Shown in pieces: positions 13,688 to 26,713 of a stretch of 64,000 bases of DNA (position 1 is the stretch's first letter; each line of letters opens with the position of its first letter). A model generated the notes under the pieces. The model was given only the letters and a program-made list of their open reading frames with translations, did no database searches and had not been told where the DNA came from. A program made the position numbers and the translations under genes. The stretch comes from Chrysomallon squamiferum (lineage: Eukaryota > Animalia > Mollusca), in NCBI GenBank assembly GCA_012295275.1, contig CM022670.1:40672001-40736000 (forward strand), written 5' to 3'.

Positions 13688-13835
13688 ACACTATTTAACG
13701 TCCACGTGAATTGATTTGAAATAATAGGTTACAAAGGGGCGAATGTTTTTTCATGCATGTACCATGACAGTATTGCAGTATACTATTATAGAAGAATGAA
13801 CAGAATATGAGGTTTTAGTAATATTATTTAATTTA
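13688..13835 (+). repeat. Copy A of a ~140 bp direct repeat
   Basis: ACACTATTTAACGTCCACGTGAATTGATTTGAAATAATAGGTTACAAAGG...GTACCATGACAGTATTGCAGT...TTTTAGTAATATTATTT aligns with 16988-17121. Confidence 0.85.
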
Positions 13836-14583
13836 TTTACTACTACTACTACTATTTTTTATTATTTTTATTTTTAAATCAAACGTTTATTACAATAATA
13901 ATTTGTTTTGCCGATTTCTCATGTTCATAAGCACTGATGACATAAAAGAATAAAGTAATTAATAACTGCATTTGGTTTTAGCTGTGTTTTTGATTTTTTA
14001 TTTTTTTGGTTATTATTATTGTTCAATTTCATACTTTTTCGAATAATATTTTGTTTATCTTCCTAAAATGACCCAGATACCAAATTTGATATTTGTGTTA
14101 CCTTGACTTTGTGTCACAGTCCTGAATTTTTATTTGACAACGTGCATAATTACCTATCAAAAAAGAATTAAACAAATATGGCTTATTATGACATTTTATA
14201 AATGTTTCACGATTCGAGTCCATACTCGACATTCAGTTTAGAAATTACTTAAACAGTTATGCAGACGGCATATTAGTCCATAAAAGGCCAACGTACGTGC
14301 ATGTATTCACACACATAATTATGTGCCTTCGTGAGCATAAACCTCAACATGCTTTTAGAGACTTAACCGAGTCGGAGTGGAATTGTTGCATCAGCACATT
14401 TGACTGCGACTCTCTACGTACAAGTGTTACTCGAATATCAGTTAATGCGAATAACATAACAAAACACTATAAAGCTTGACATTACACTTTTCTGCTATAC
14501 TTACTTTTCTGAGCATGATTACAAGTATGTGCGCGTCTAAGATTGTGTATTTGTGTATAGAAGTGTATGTATGTGTATATATG

Positions 14584-14621
<38 letters not shown>

Positions 14622-15632
14622 CACACACACGAGTGTATTTGTATTATGTATGCCTATGTATATGTATGAATGTATGTGTGTGTGCATGTATGTATGTATG
14701 TATATGAATATAAGTACATGTTTATACGTGAATATAAGTGTAATTTAAGAACGGAATATGCATTCAGATACCTACTGCAATACATAACAAGAAGAAAACC
14801 TTCATTATAATTCATATGGATGATACAAATCAATGAACAGTCAATAGAGTAAAATTAAAGAAGAGATATAGTTGCAAAACTGTGACATCAAAGGTTTGAA
14901 AATAATACATTTTTCAAGTATCAGACGGCACACAAAAGGATTAATTTACGAAAATTCTCGAATGGAATAAGATACATCGTCACCAAATCATCCTCTGCTT
15001 GATGTCCACACTATCAAATTATTTCATTTGTCCTCACGACACATTTTAGTTTTTCGATGTAAAAGACCCCCTCGCTTTCGCAGGTGTGTAACGTTCTGTA
15101 ACAGAGTCGGACTGGTGAGTACCCAGACACTAAGGTAGGTGTGTGCCCGCGTTGTTTTCGGTTGACCTGTCGCAGCCGAGAAATCACAAGTACGTGTTCA
15201 ATAGGCTTAGTTTAATGTGTGCTGTGTTCTTCGTTCTGCCGAATCATCACAAAATCAGTCACAGAGAAGTGGATTAACGTCATCTGGTAGTAGCATGACA
15301 CCGTGTCTGCGTGAAAACAGAACCAAGAAAACGTCTAAGTTGTCACCGTATCGTGATGTTTTTTTTCTTGTTTTTTTTTTTTTTATTTTGTTTGGGGTTG
15401 GGTGGGTGGGTTTAAAAGGTTGTTGGGTGCTTCTCTGCTCCATTTTAGTCGTAGGTCTGTCTGTTTGGGTTTACAGGGATCTGTACTGCTTCGTTTTAGC
15501 ACTCTCTCTCTGTGTGTGTGTGTGTGTGTGTGTGTTTATATGACGAAGAACTTAAAAAAATATTTTAAAACGAAAGGTTCACTGGGTGAATTTGGAAACA
15601 GTAAAATAAGAATTGAAAAAAAAAAAAAAAAA

Positions 15633-15671
<39 letters not shown>

Positions 15672-16675
15672 GAGAGAAATTTTAATCTAAATATATTTCA
15701 GCAAGTATGTTTTCGATATAAAACAAAAGTTTTAAGCTTCAGTAAATGTAATCTTCTGAAAGACATGTCAGTATAATTTATATTATATATAAAAAACAGC
15801 TTGCATATTAATAAATATTTCATAAACGCAACACAGCTAACCATCCTGTCTGACTAGAATCCATTGTTCACATGTACTGAATCTACTTCTGCAAGTTGTT
15901 TGAAAACTTCTCATTGTTTCGTTCAAGTTCATTCATATTGTTTTAGTTCTTCACAATGTTCAAAATAAGACCCGTTTGGTGCTAACTGTAACCAGTCTAA
16001 TCCTTACTCTAACACCAGCCAAGAGTTGCCTCCCCTACACGCCCCCAAAATAAAGCACTATGCATTAATCAATAAATAAAATTAATATTTCTATATAAAT
16101 AAATAAAGTATGACCATATCCAATCAGCCAGTAAATCGTTTTTAAAGAAAATGTTAAGCAGGATATACAAAACTGCTGTTTGTTAACTTAACAGTGCGGA
16201 TCTAAATATTTGCTACTTTTAACACATACTCAGCTGACATCCAGTTCGTGAGATATTGTTGTACCATCTTAAAACATATCAGCTACAATATTTTCTTTTA
16301 ATGCAACTGAAAATTTAGTTTGGCAAAATTCATTTGTCGCTAAAAGTGTTTGACATTTTCATTTGACATAAAATCTTATGAAAATGGTTATAAAATTCAC
16401 GTATATTTTCCTCAATGGTCCACATTTGTTTCTAGTTTGTTGAAAAACATCTCTCAGTTTTTATCATCAGATTTCCCCATACTGAACACGATTTTCAATA
16501 TAAAAAAAATATCAAATTAAATTATATAGAATCACTTTCAAAGAGTTATCCTTTTTTCTTTTTTAACAGGGCTAAAAATATTCTTACGTAGAAAAGTCAT
16601 GGTTTTTTTTTTTCTTTTTAAAAAAGATTCAAGGCATTTGTGACTGTCCTTTACATCGGCACTTACAACTACAGC

Positions 16676-17698
16676 TCAGACAACAGCCACCCCAGCCTCG
16701 CATCGGCTCGTTGGCATGACACTGAGTTCTGTCCAGGAGTCTGTCACTGGATTGTAACACTCCATGGAGTTGAGGGTTGCAGGTGGAGTGTGCATGTTTG
16801 AGAATGTGCGACCTCCGATCACATACAACAGTCCATTGACAGCTGCAACACAGGGTCCAGCTCTGCGAGTTTTCATGCTGGGAATGTCTGACCATGAATT
16901 CTAAAAGAAAAAAAAAAACATTTCTTGAAAATAATGATGTTGATAATGAGATGATGATGATGATGATGGCAACATCAATAATTATAACACTATTTAATGT
17001 CCACGTGAATTAATTTGAAATAATAAGTTACAAAGGTGCAAATGTGTACCATGATAGTATTGCAGTGTATTATTTCAGAAGAATCAAAAGAATGTTAGAT
17101 TTTAGTAATATTATTTTATTTATTAATTTTTATTAATAATAAATAACAGCAAAAACAAAAATAACAAAAAATGGTGATCACAACAACAACAACAATCTTA
17201 GTAATAATAACTTTTATTTATATTATCATTTTACTTTAATGTACAAAATACTTTGAAACATCAACTGCTGATAAACTTAATTACTTTCATTTAATATAAC
17301 TGTTTTCTTCTTACTTACTGTTTTGATGCAGTATTTTTCCACTGTGTTCAGAGAGCCCTCATGTTCGTTCCAACCACCGACAGCATAAAGAAAACCATCC
17401 ATGGCTGCCACCCCAACATAGGCGCGTCTGCTTCTCATGTTTTGTAAGTGTTCCCAGATTCCAGTCACAGGGTTGTACTGGTCACACAGCTTCAGCTCAG
17501 TGCCTGGGTCACTGAATCCTCCAAGAATGTAGATTAAGTCTAGCATGAATGAAAACATTATTTTTATTAATGATTTGAAAGATGGTGGATAGTACAGTTT
17601 AACCAATTTTGAGATATTTCAAATAATTTTATATATATATATATATATATATCCACACATTTTAATCTATTCCAAGCAGAGTTTCTTTAAATTACCAA

Positions 17699-17773
<75 letters not shown>

Positions 17774-20523
17774 TTCAAAGTCTTCACTACCTAACTGATT
17801 ATTGTTTTCATAAAAATGTTTTATTTTTATTTTAGGATTCATGTTGGAAAGAATAATGCCTTAATAACAAACATTAAACTTGTCTGTATTAATTAATGTT
17901 ACCTTCATGTTCCACAACACCCATGGCAAACCTGGGAATCTGCATTGTTCCCACCACAGCCCAAACCCCAGCTTTAGGATCAAACTTCTCAAACGAGTTT
18001 CCGATTTCAGTCCCCACCCAGCCTCCGAACGCGTAGAGGCATCCTTTGAACTCGCACAGCCCCAGCCCACATCTGGGGTAGTTCAGATTCGCCTGACTTG
18101 TCCACAGCTCCGAGACAGGGCTGAAGTATTCGACCGTATCAGCGATGAGCGAGTCGTTCTCCCCACCCACGACGTAAATGTGACCGTCCAGCACAGCCAT
18201 TCCGTGACCGCTGCGAGCGTCCGACATGCAGGGCATCACGTGCCACTGTTTGTGGAAGGTGTCGTACCGCTCCACGGTCACCAGGGTCTGAATGTCGCTC
18301 CAGCGAGCTCCTTTGCCGCGCGTGTAGCCGCCGATGACGTAAATGTTTTTTCTTGCACTTCGGCGCGGCTGCACGTAGGACGATTTCAAACGACTCAGCT
18401 GAAGCTCGAGGCTCATCTTTTTGTCGAGTCGGACGTCTTGCAAGAGTTTCTGCAGCGCCACCTTCAGGCTGATGTCAGGACACTCTTCTACAAATCTGTC
18501 GATCTGTCTGTTAGGAATAATGGCGAGACGAACTGGCGACATTATGTCAAAGAAATGTCTGCGTCGGGAAGGAAGGTTGTGGTTAATCCATTTCATTGCA
18601 GCTTCAAAAACCTGAAACAAATTTACTGTGTATTTTGGTTTTTAAGAGTCTTATTCATTGCTGCCAGTTCATCAAGAGCCTGCATTTAAACAACAGAGAA
18701 ATTAATGAAATTAATACAATTATCCTGACAACTACTTTTGATAAAATATTTATTACATAATATTGTACATAGATTTATACATTATATAAATTATTTTTAC
18801 AAATACACATATTTTCTTTTTTTATTTTTTTTTATAATTTTTTTTTTATTCTTTCAATATTAAATTAACCTTGCTGGCATTCCCTGAAAGAAAACATTTT
18901 TCACTTGAAACCCTAATAATTACAACACTGCTATCAAACAAGTCTTCTCACTCTCACCTGAAATTCATCTTCAACTTTGAGAAACTCACTGCTCAACAGG
19001 TGTGTGAGGTCATCTTTGGGTAAAGCCAGAAACTCGTCAGAGTTTTTCACCTGAAGAAAATGGTTGTGCAGGAAACTCTCAGCTGCATGTTTCAGCTGAT
19101 AACAACAATGTGCATCAGCCAGTCTGAACACACCTGTTAAATTAAAACAAATTAAAAACACATAAAATTAAATCTGTGTACAAAATGTATATACACCATA
19201 CATATTGAGAGACATAGCTATATACAGACATAGAGATACAAATTTGGGGATAAATTAAACATAATACTGACAGCCAAATGTATAGCCAAGATATTTTCTT
19301 TAAATAAATTCTACTACTTTATTTTTTCAAACTGTGAGTTGAAAAACCATGTATTAACATGTGGAATTTTTTTTGTTTAAAAAAAAAATAATCTTGTAAA
19401 ACCAGCAACTACTGAAAAAAAAAAAAATTAATAATAATCAAAAAAGAATAAAATAAAAAGTATGTAATATTGTAAAGATGAATCTCACCAATACAGTTTT
19501 CCACATCAAGATTATTTGTCATGAACATGCAGCATGCCTCCATTACGTCACTGAGACCCAACATGTCAGCCAGCGACAACAGCTCTACACAGTTCTCATT
19601 TGTCACCTCCACTCGTCCTGCCAGCAAAACACAAATAACATTAATTTATAACAACAACAACAACAATAGTAATGACAAAAATAACAAAAATAATAATAAT
19701 AATAATAATAGTAATGAAATTTGTAAGTTAGTGCTAACAATAAAAAAACACAAATACATTACCTGAATATATGAACATAAGTGCCTTTGCAAGCATTTTC
19801 AGAATTGTATTATACATACAGCTCTTTCCCATAAAAAAATTATGAAAAAAATACACAAACATTTTAGAATCAATACCATATACAGTTTTTTCATATACAA
19901 AATATCTTTCTTCATGGATAAAAGTTTTGCTCAAAATGTTTCAGAATTAATGCTACATATAGTTCTCACACATAAAATAAAATTAATTTTTACCTATACT
20001 GCAGTAATAAAGTGATAAGGTGAATACTTCACAATTAATGCTATACAGTGTACACAGTTCTTTCATATACAAAAATAATAAATCACCTCTACACAGGAAT
20101 TATTTCAGAATCATTTTTATTAATAGTTCTTAAATTAAAAAACAAATATATTCTACCTGTGTACATGAATAAAAGTGCTACTCGAAAAACTTCAGAATCA
20201 ATTTCATGCATTGTTACTTCATCCTGGGCTTGTTCAGCCATACCACTAGTAAACATGGCCATGAAGAAAGGACTTGCTGCCGCCAGAACGTGACGATGTG
20301 CAGACACACACTGTCCTTCAACAACGATACTGACATCACAAAAACTGCCAGACTTCCACAAAGCTGCAAGATTTGAGAGGAATGTGTCTGAATATCCTGC
20401 TGCTTTGTGTATCAGTGTATGATGGATAGTTTTACCAGCGTCATTTTCTTTGTGTCTCAAAGACTGGCCTGTCCTTTCAGTGCCAATATTCAACTTTTTA
20501 ACAGAATCAGACAGCTGGTCCAT
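16676..20523 (-). CDS. IPP: Actin-binding BTB-BACK-kelch protein IPP (KLHL27)
   Basis: Exons 20523-20157, 19617-19489, 19133-18958, 18611-17903, 17539-17319, 16900-16676 (608 aa). BTB motif FCDV..AHRHVLAAASPFF and six GG kelch repeats. IPP-typical motifs GGYTRGKGARWSD, GGWVGTEIGNSFEKFDP, RRAYVGVAA, and C-terminal TSRCEAGVAVV. Confidence 0.93.
16988..17121 (+). repeat. Copy B of the ~140 bp direct repeat, in the last IPP intron
   Basis: ACACTATTTAATGTCCACGTGAATTAATTTGAAATAATAAGTTACAAAGG...GTACCATGATAGTATTGCAGT...TTTTAGTAATATTATTT. Confidence 0.85.
17704..17770. repeat. (GA)n microsatellite in an IPP intron
   Basis: Directly visible. Confidence 0.95.
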
Positions 20524-20886
20524 ATTTTGGACCTGAAAATAAAATAATAATAATAATAATCATTGGAAAAATGAATTAAAAGTTATGGTAAAGAAAAAGT
20601 AAATTAAAAACAATAAAATAAACTTTATTTCTGTTTTAGTTTTTTTTTTTTTTTTAAAAGAAAAGAAAAGAAGATTTAAGGAAATAAAATAGATCAGACA
20701 CTGTCGTCTTTTATGAATATAATAATATAATAATTATAATTATAATAATATTACTTAAAAATAACTGTTTTGACCGTAAAACCGAGAACTGCATTTTATT
20801 TAACAAACATGCAAAATGCTTGATTATAACACTAATATCACCTTTGTCAACAATTAAACTGATATCTGAAATGACAATTAACTTAC

Positions 20887-20988
20887 ACTGACACCACTGT
20901 AGAATAAAATTTATCAACAACCTTGTAAATCTGTATCAAACATTTTTCCTTAAGTAAATTGAATTATTCCCCTTTAATTAAAATAATC
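20887..20988. promoter_or_regulatory. Candidate compact bidirectional promoter/5'UTR region between IPP and the thioredoxin-fold gene
   Basis: Predicted start codons diverge at 20523 (-) and 20989 (+). IPP has an acceptor at 20533-20534 and a minus-strand GTAAGT donor at 20886-20881, implying a non-coding first exon from 20887 upward. Confidence 0.5.
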
Positions 20989-23543
20989 ATGGATGTCGAT
21001 GTTCGTATCGAGGGACGCTACTTTTATATTTTTGTATTTATATTGTTTATTGATATTCAAGGTTTGCTCTGATATATTAATAGATATTTTCATAAAAACT
21101 ATTTTTTGCGGGGTTGGGCCGAAACACAAACAGTTCTTAATTATGTTAATAAAAAATAAAACAAAACCAATATATTCTATGACACTCTTCGAATTGTTAG
21201 GTTTTTGTTTCCTCACTTGTGGCAAAAGCACCGTTAAATACGTTTTATCTGTCTAAATCATGTGCATTTTAATTGTAAAGTAACACTGTACGATAACGAT
21301 AATTATTTTCATATTTATCTTTCATAAATGAATAACTGAATATGTAAATTATTAATTTTAAATGAAAAACTTGTATTAATTGAATTAGAATTTTTTTTTT
21401 TTAATTTTTTTATTTTTTTTTTTACCCTTTTATGGAAATTTAACATATCATTTACAATCAGCATTTCATTATTTTGTAGCATATGCACCAAAGTTTAAAG
21501 ACTTTCCTTCACACATTTTATTACATCATATTTCTGTGTCACGACAGCTTCCTGTGTGCATCCTTCTCAGAGAAGCAGGTTTTTACATTTACAATTTTTG
21601 TATCATCTTCAATTAATCATTACAAGACTGTTTAAGACAAATTATATATTACTGTTTAAAACACGTGAGTTACAGTTATGAACAGAAATGAAATTACATT
21701 AAAAGTAAAGTAAATAAATAATACAAAATTTAAATAACAATGGAATAAAAAAATAATTATAAAAAAAAAAATTATAATAATAATAATAATAATAATAAAT
21801 AAAAAAATAAATAAACAAAAATAAAATAAAAAATAAATAAAAATAGTATCATTATATGTAAATTATTTTCAATTTTTAACACAGACACAGGTTCCAAACT
21901 GGAGAATGTACTTTTTAAGATGTGGAAAAATAAAACTTTCATACCCTGGGAAGTGGGATCATACATTATTGATCAGGTATTTGTTATGAACTATTTCACT
22001 ATACAGATCTCAAATTATCCAGTTATTAATTCATATTCTGTATATAATAAACATTAATTTTCTTCATTTGCTGATTATGACCAAATATAAGTAGCAAAAA
22101 ATACTGAAACATGTTATCTTTCTTTATTCATCTAAAGATGGCTTTGGAGAAGAAAAAAAAGAGATAACCTTAGAGTATTATTGTTATTATTGTTATTATT
22201 ATTTGATCAATTAAGAATAATATTTCAAAAACCAAAGTGCTACTAGCACATATTTTAATGAACCTAAGATGAGAAACGTTTTGATTTAATTTTATTTTTA
22301 ATTATAGGATTCAACAATATCTTTAAAAAAGCCTGAGACCATTCCATCACTGAGATGTTATTTGGGAGAAACTGTTTTCTATGATTTCTCTGGGAAACCA
22401 TCACAAACCCATATCAGAAGATGGTTCCACAGTTTGGTATGAATGGAAAATAGACTTAAAAAAGAAAGAAAGAAAGAAAGAAAGAAAAAAAAGAAACATA
22501 AATAAAAATAAAAATTAATGTTTTAATATTTTATACAATTTTTGTTTGAACAAAAAATAATAAAAACAATAACAACAACAACAAAAAAAAAACCCAAAAG
22601 CGAAAAAAGAAAAGAAAATGAAGAAAAATGAAAATAAATAAAAAAATAAGGAAAAAGGGATAAAAATACTAATTGTTTTTATTTTCATAAAAGTATTGAA
22701 AGCTTTTGAATGAAAAAACAAATGTTTAATATAGTTACAGTTTATTACAGTAAGAAGTAACAGTAAGAAGAATACATTAGCTATTGAATGTCACACAAAA
22801 TATATAAATAAAAACTATTGTCTTATGACTGAGTTAGAAATGTTCTGTTCTTTCAGAGTGAAAAACATGGCACACAAAAGACTGATGTCACTTTGGAGAT
22901 GCTGGAACAAGCAATAAATTCACACACATTTACTGTTGTTGGCTTTCCAGATATTCACAATTATCAGCTGACCCAAGAACTTCTCTACCAGGTAAATGTT
23001 TTTAATCTTTATTTTGAAGTATTGTTAAAAAATCAATTGTCAAAATCATAAGTCAAAATTGTATCTGAGTCATTCATACTTATCCTTAGACAGCCAAAGA
23101 CTCTAAATACCCGGTTTGAATTAATTAACTAATTCATTCATCCATTGTTTTGATAATGATTATTCTTGTTTTTTATTCATAAATTTTCATCTTATACATT
23201 AAAATATATAATATAAAGTTTATATCTCAGTTTTAGTATATTGTTATCCTATCTGTTTGTTTCCAGATTGCTGACAACATTGAAATTCACCTGAAGACAT
23301 TAGTTGTACATCCACATGCCCCAGAATCCAGGTAAAAAAAATTTTTAGTTTACTTGCTTTAGAAATCCTGCTGACATTTTAAATTCCTGATAATGTCTTG
23401 GTACATACATAAAAACCTTTTCTGTTATTTAAATAACTTTGCATTTTAAAATAAATAATTAAAAATAAAGAAAAACATAAAACATTCCAAAAAACATTTT
23501 TTTATTTTACCATTAACAATAAAAACACACACACACACACACA

Positions 23544-23613
<70 letters not shown>

Positions 23614-26074
23614 CACCCATGTCTATGTATATATGTATATATGTAATTTAATTTTTATTTTTAACTGTTTCAGGAAATTACATGACAGACTTGGTGTAAC
23701 ATCATTTCCAACTGTTGCTGTTATTGAGAAAGAAGGTGAACATTTTATTTAAAATATAATGAGAACTGTTATCAAAACCTCCAAAACCTCCAAAACCTCC
23801 AAAACCTCAAAACCTCAAAAATGAGCTAAATTCGCTGGCAGACAAATGACAGGTCATGGCATTAATTTTCTTCAAAATTCTTTGGATGAATTTCCAGTTC
23901 CATAACTGGTGTATTTAAAGCTTTGTTCTTTGCTCTTCTGAGAATGTGAATATGTTTATAAAAAAAAAAAATAAAAACAAATCTTTTAAAATGATAAGAA
24001 AAATCCAGATATGAATTAATTTACTTTTTAAAATTATCATCACAAAAATCACATACTTAAAACAGACTGACATATAATATAAAAATCTTTAGAGATTTTT
24101 TTTGATCAGATTTTATTTTTTGAGATAGCTGTTAAAAATTACGAATTCTTCATTATTATAAAAGCCAGAACAAATAATTCTTACTGTAGATTAATGTATA
24201 TCTATTTATAGAAACTAATGGAAGTTGTACGTAACTATATGTTTTTATTTATTCTAGATACTGAAGTGGTAAAATTGTTTGGTCCAAAAGAATTACACAG
24301 AGAAAATATTGAGATTTACATTTTGTCTAGAACTGTTCCTGTCACTCATTTTACTCTCGTGAGTAGTATAAAATATATTTTATTACTCTTTCATTTTTAT
24401 GCTATAATTCTTGAATTCTTAAGAATATGTATTACACCCAAAAGTTATCTTTTTAAAGTTTATTTCTAGAAATATGGAATTTGATAGGTTGTCAAAGATA
24501 TTAATATTAAAAAAAAAAAAAAAATAAAATAAAATATTAAAATATATAATTTGAACTAAAATACAGTTCCAGTATTTGCTGGTAAAAAGATATTTAAAGA
24601 GTCATTTCAAAGAATTGTTTCAAATGTTAATTTATGAAGATAATTATCAGGTGGATATTTTACCACACTGAAGATAAAAAATTATATCTTCTTTTAAAAC
24701 CAAAAATAAAAGTATTGATGTTTTTTGAAATTTAAAATAAATATAAATTTTACTTATTACCTTTATATACTATTATTTTTGCTTTCTTTAATTTTAATAT
24801 TTTAATTTTCCAGAAAACGTTTGAAGAGTTGGTTCTGGATTCAACCACTGACAGTTATGTCCCTTTTTTGATTGGGTTTTCTGCATTCTGGGCACCCCAA
24901 GTGAAAACATTTCTGAAATTCTTTCAGAACACTGTTGATGAATTTAATTCTATTGGTGTCAGTTTGAGATATGGACTTGTTGATGTGACAACAGAAAAAC
25001 GAAGTAAGACAAAATTACTGTGAATTTTCTTTGAACTAAAACTTGGCCAAATTAAATTATTTAAGTAGATAAATCTCAAGATTTTTAATCACTGGATTCA
25101 AATTCATGGAACATTATTATCAATAAAAAAAAAAATTAATAAAAAAAAATACAAGAAAGAGAGAAAAAGAAAAGAAAAAGTTACAATCAATAAAAATTAT
25201 TTAATGATTTCAAGACTTATTTAAATAATTTATGTTAACTGAATTTAAAATAATTGAATTAGGCACCTAAACTCAAAAAAACCATGAACAATTCTGAAAT
25301 AAAAAAGATTTACTTTTGAAAATGTTATACATATCATTACTGAAGTATGTATCATTAACACAGTTTTAATATAATAAGGTTTTACATTGTTTTATGGATT
25401 TTTCAGACTTTTTAAAAATGTGTCTTGGTTTTTAATTTTCCAGTTGTCTACAGACATTTGAAATGTGATGAAGCTGGGAATCCACCTTTTATTATACTTT
25501 TTCAAAAAGGTAAATAGGTAATTTTTCATATTTTAAAATATTTATTTTTTTCATATCCAGCCATAGTATTTTCATTAATTTCAAAATATTTGAACAAACT
25601 TTAAATAAAATGAAAAAACCGGCAAGAAAGCTGAACTGAAAACCTAAATTCCTCTGGATATATGTTAGTTGCAATAAACTGTGTGTGTGTGTGCATGTTT
25701 GTATGTTTGCATGTGTGTTTGCATTTATAAATAAATAAGAATATATTCCATAAGGCAAAAGTATTTCTAGTCTTTTTCAAAACAGTAATATGGTATAACT
25801 GCAGCAAGCTGTTACATTTCTACATTATAATAAATAAATCTTAAAGTGTTGAAATATTTCTATTTTTCAGATGAGAAAACAAATGAGATTAATCAGACAA
25901 TTGTTTCTGCTTCAAGACCAAGTCCTTACGAAGTTAATTTAGCACTGAAGAGAATCCATTTTAACTTGACTGACATGTCAGGGGAGACAATCATTTATGA
26001 ACCTTATGGATTGTCTGGAATGGTTTGACTTTATTTTACATTATAGTGATTGTGTTGAGTATTGTATAGTATAC

Positions 26075-26107
<33 letters not shown>

Positions 26108-26663
26108 CACACACATATACACACAGATACCCACCCCTCTAAGTCTGAATTATATTGTTATCATTGCCTTTAGCATAATTTTGTATAATGACATTTGTAG
26201 TTAGTTATCTCCCTATTTTGACATTTTTAGGATCTAGTATCTTTGTTTATTAGATTTTTAATTAATTAAAATTATGTTTTAATAAAACAGGTAATTTTCT
26301 TGATCCAGTTTTAATTTTTTTTCACTTTCAGATTCTGAACAAGAAAATATTACTTCGTATTCAGAAAATGTATCTATTTTTGTATGTTACATTTTTTAAC
26401 TTTTTAAATGCTGTTTCTCACTAGGGAAGTGAGCTGTTTGAAGGACCGTATGGTACAAGATGCTCTTTACACTACAACAATCAAACTGAGAACTATCCAA
26501 GAAGATGGAGAAGAACAAAGCAGAAATCAAAGCAACTGAGGAAAAAACAAGGATTTTCACATAATGTAATACAGCATATCTATCTATCCATCTATCCATC
26601 CATCCATCTATCTCTCTATCTGTCTGTCTGTCTGTCTGTCTATCTACCTACCTACCTACCTAC

Positions 26664-26713
<50 letters not shown>

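Noticed and set aside
17880-18689. 269 aa plus-strand ORF
   Set aside because: Antisense shadow of the GC-rich IPP exon; no recognisable domain.
21483-21578. Alternative start MHQSLKTFLHTFYY for the thioredoxin-fold gene
   Set aside because: Its phase does not join the better reading frame of the following exons; the other frame links to a signal-peptide-like exon at 20989.
26332-26369. Possible extra micro-exon in the thioredoxin-fold gene
   Set aside because: The acceptor looks good, but the 38 nt exon would break the frame and leave only a ~55 nt intron; the model is in frame without it.
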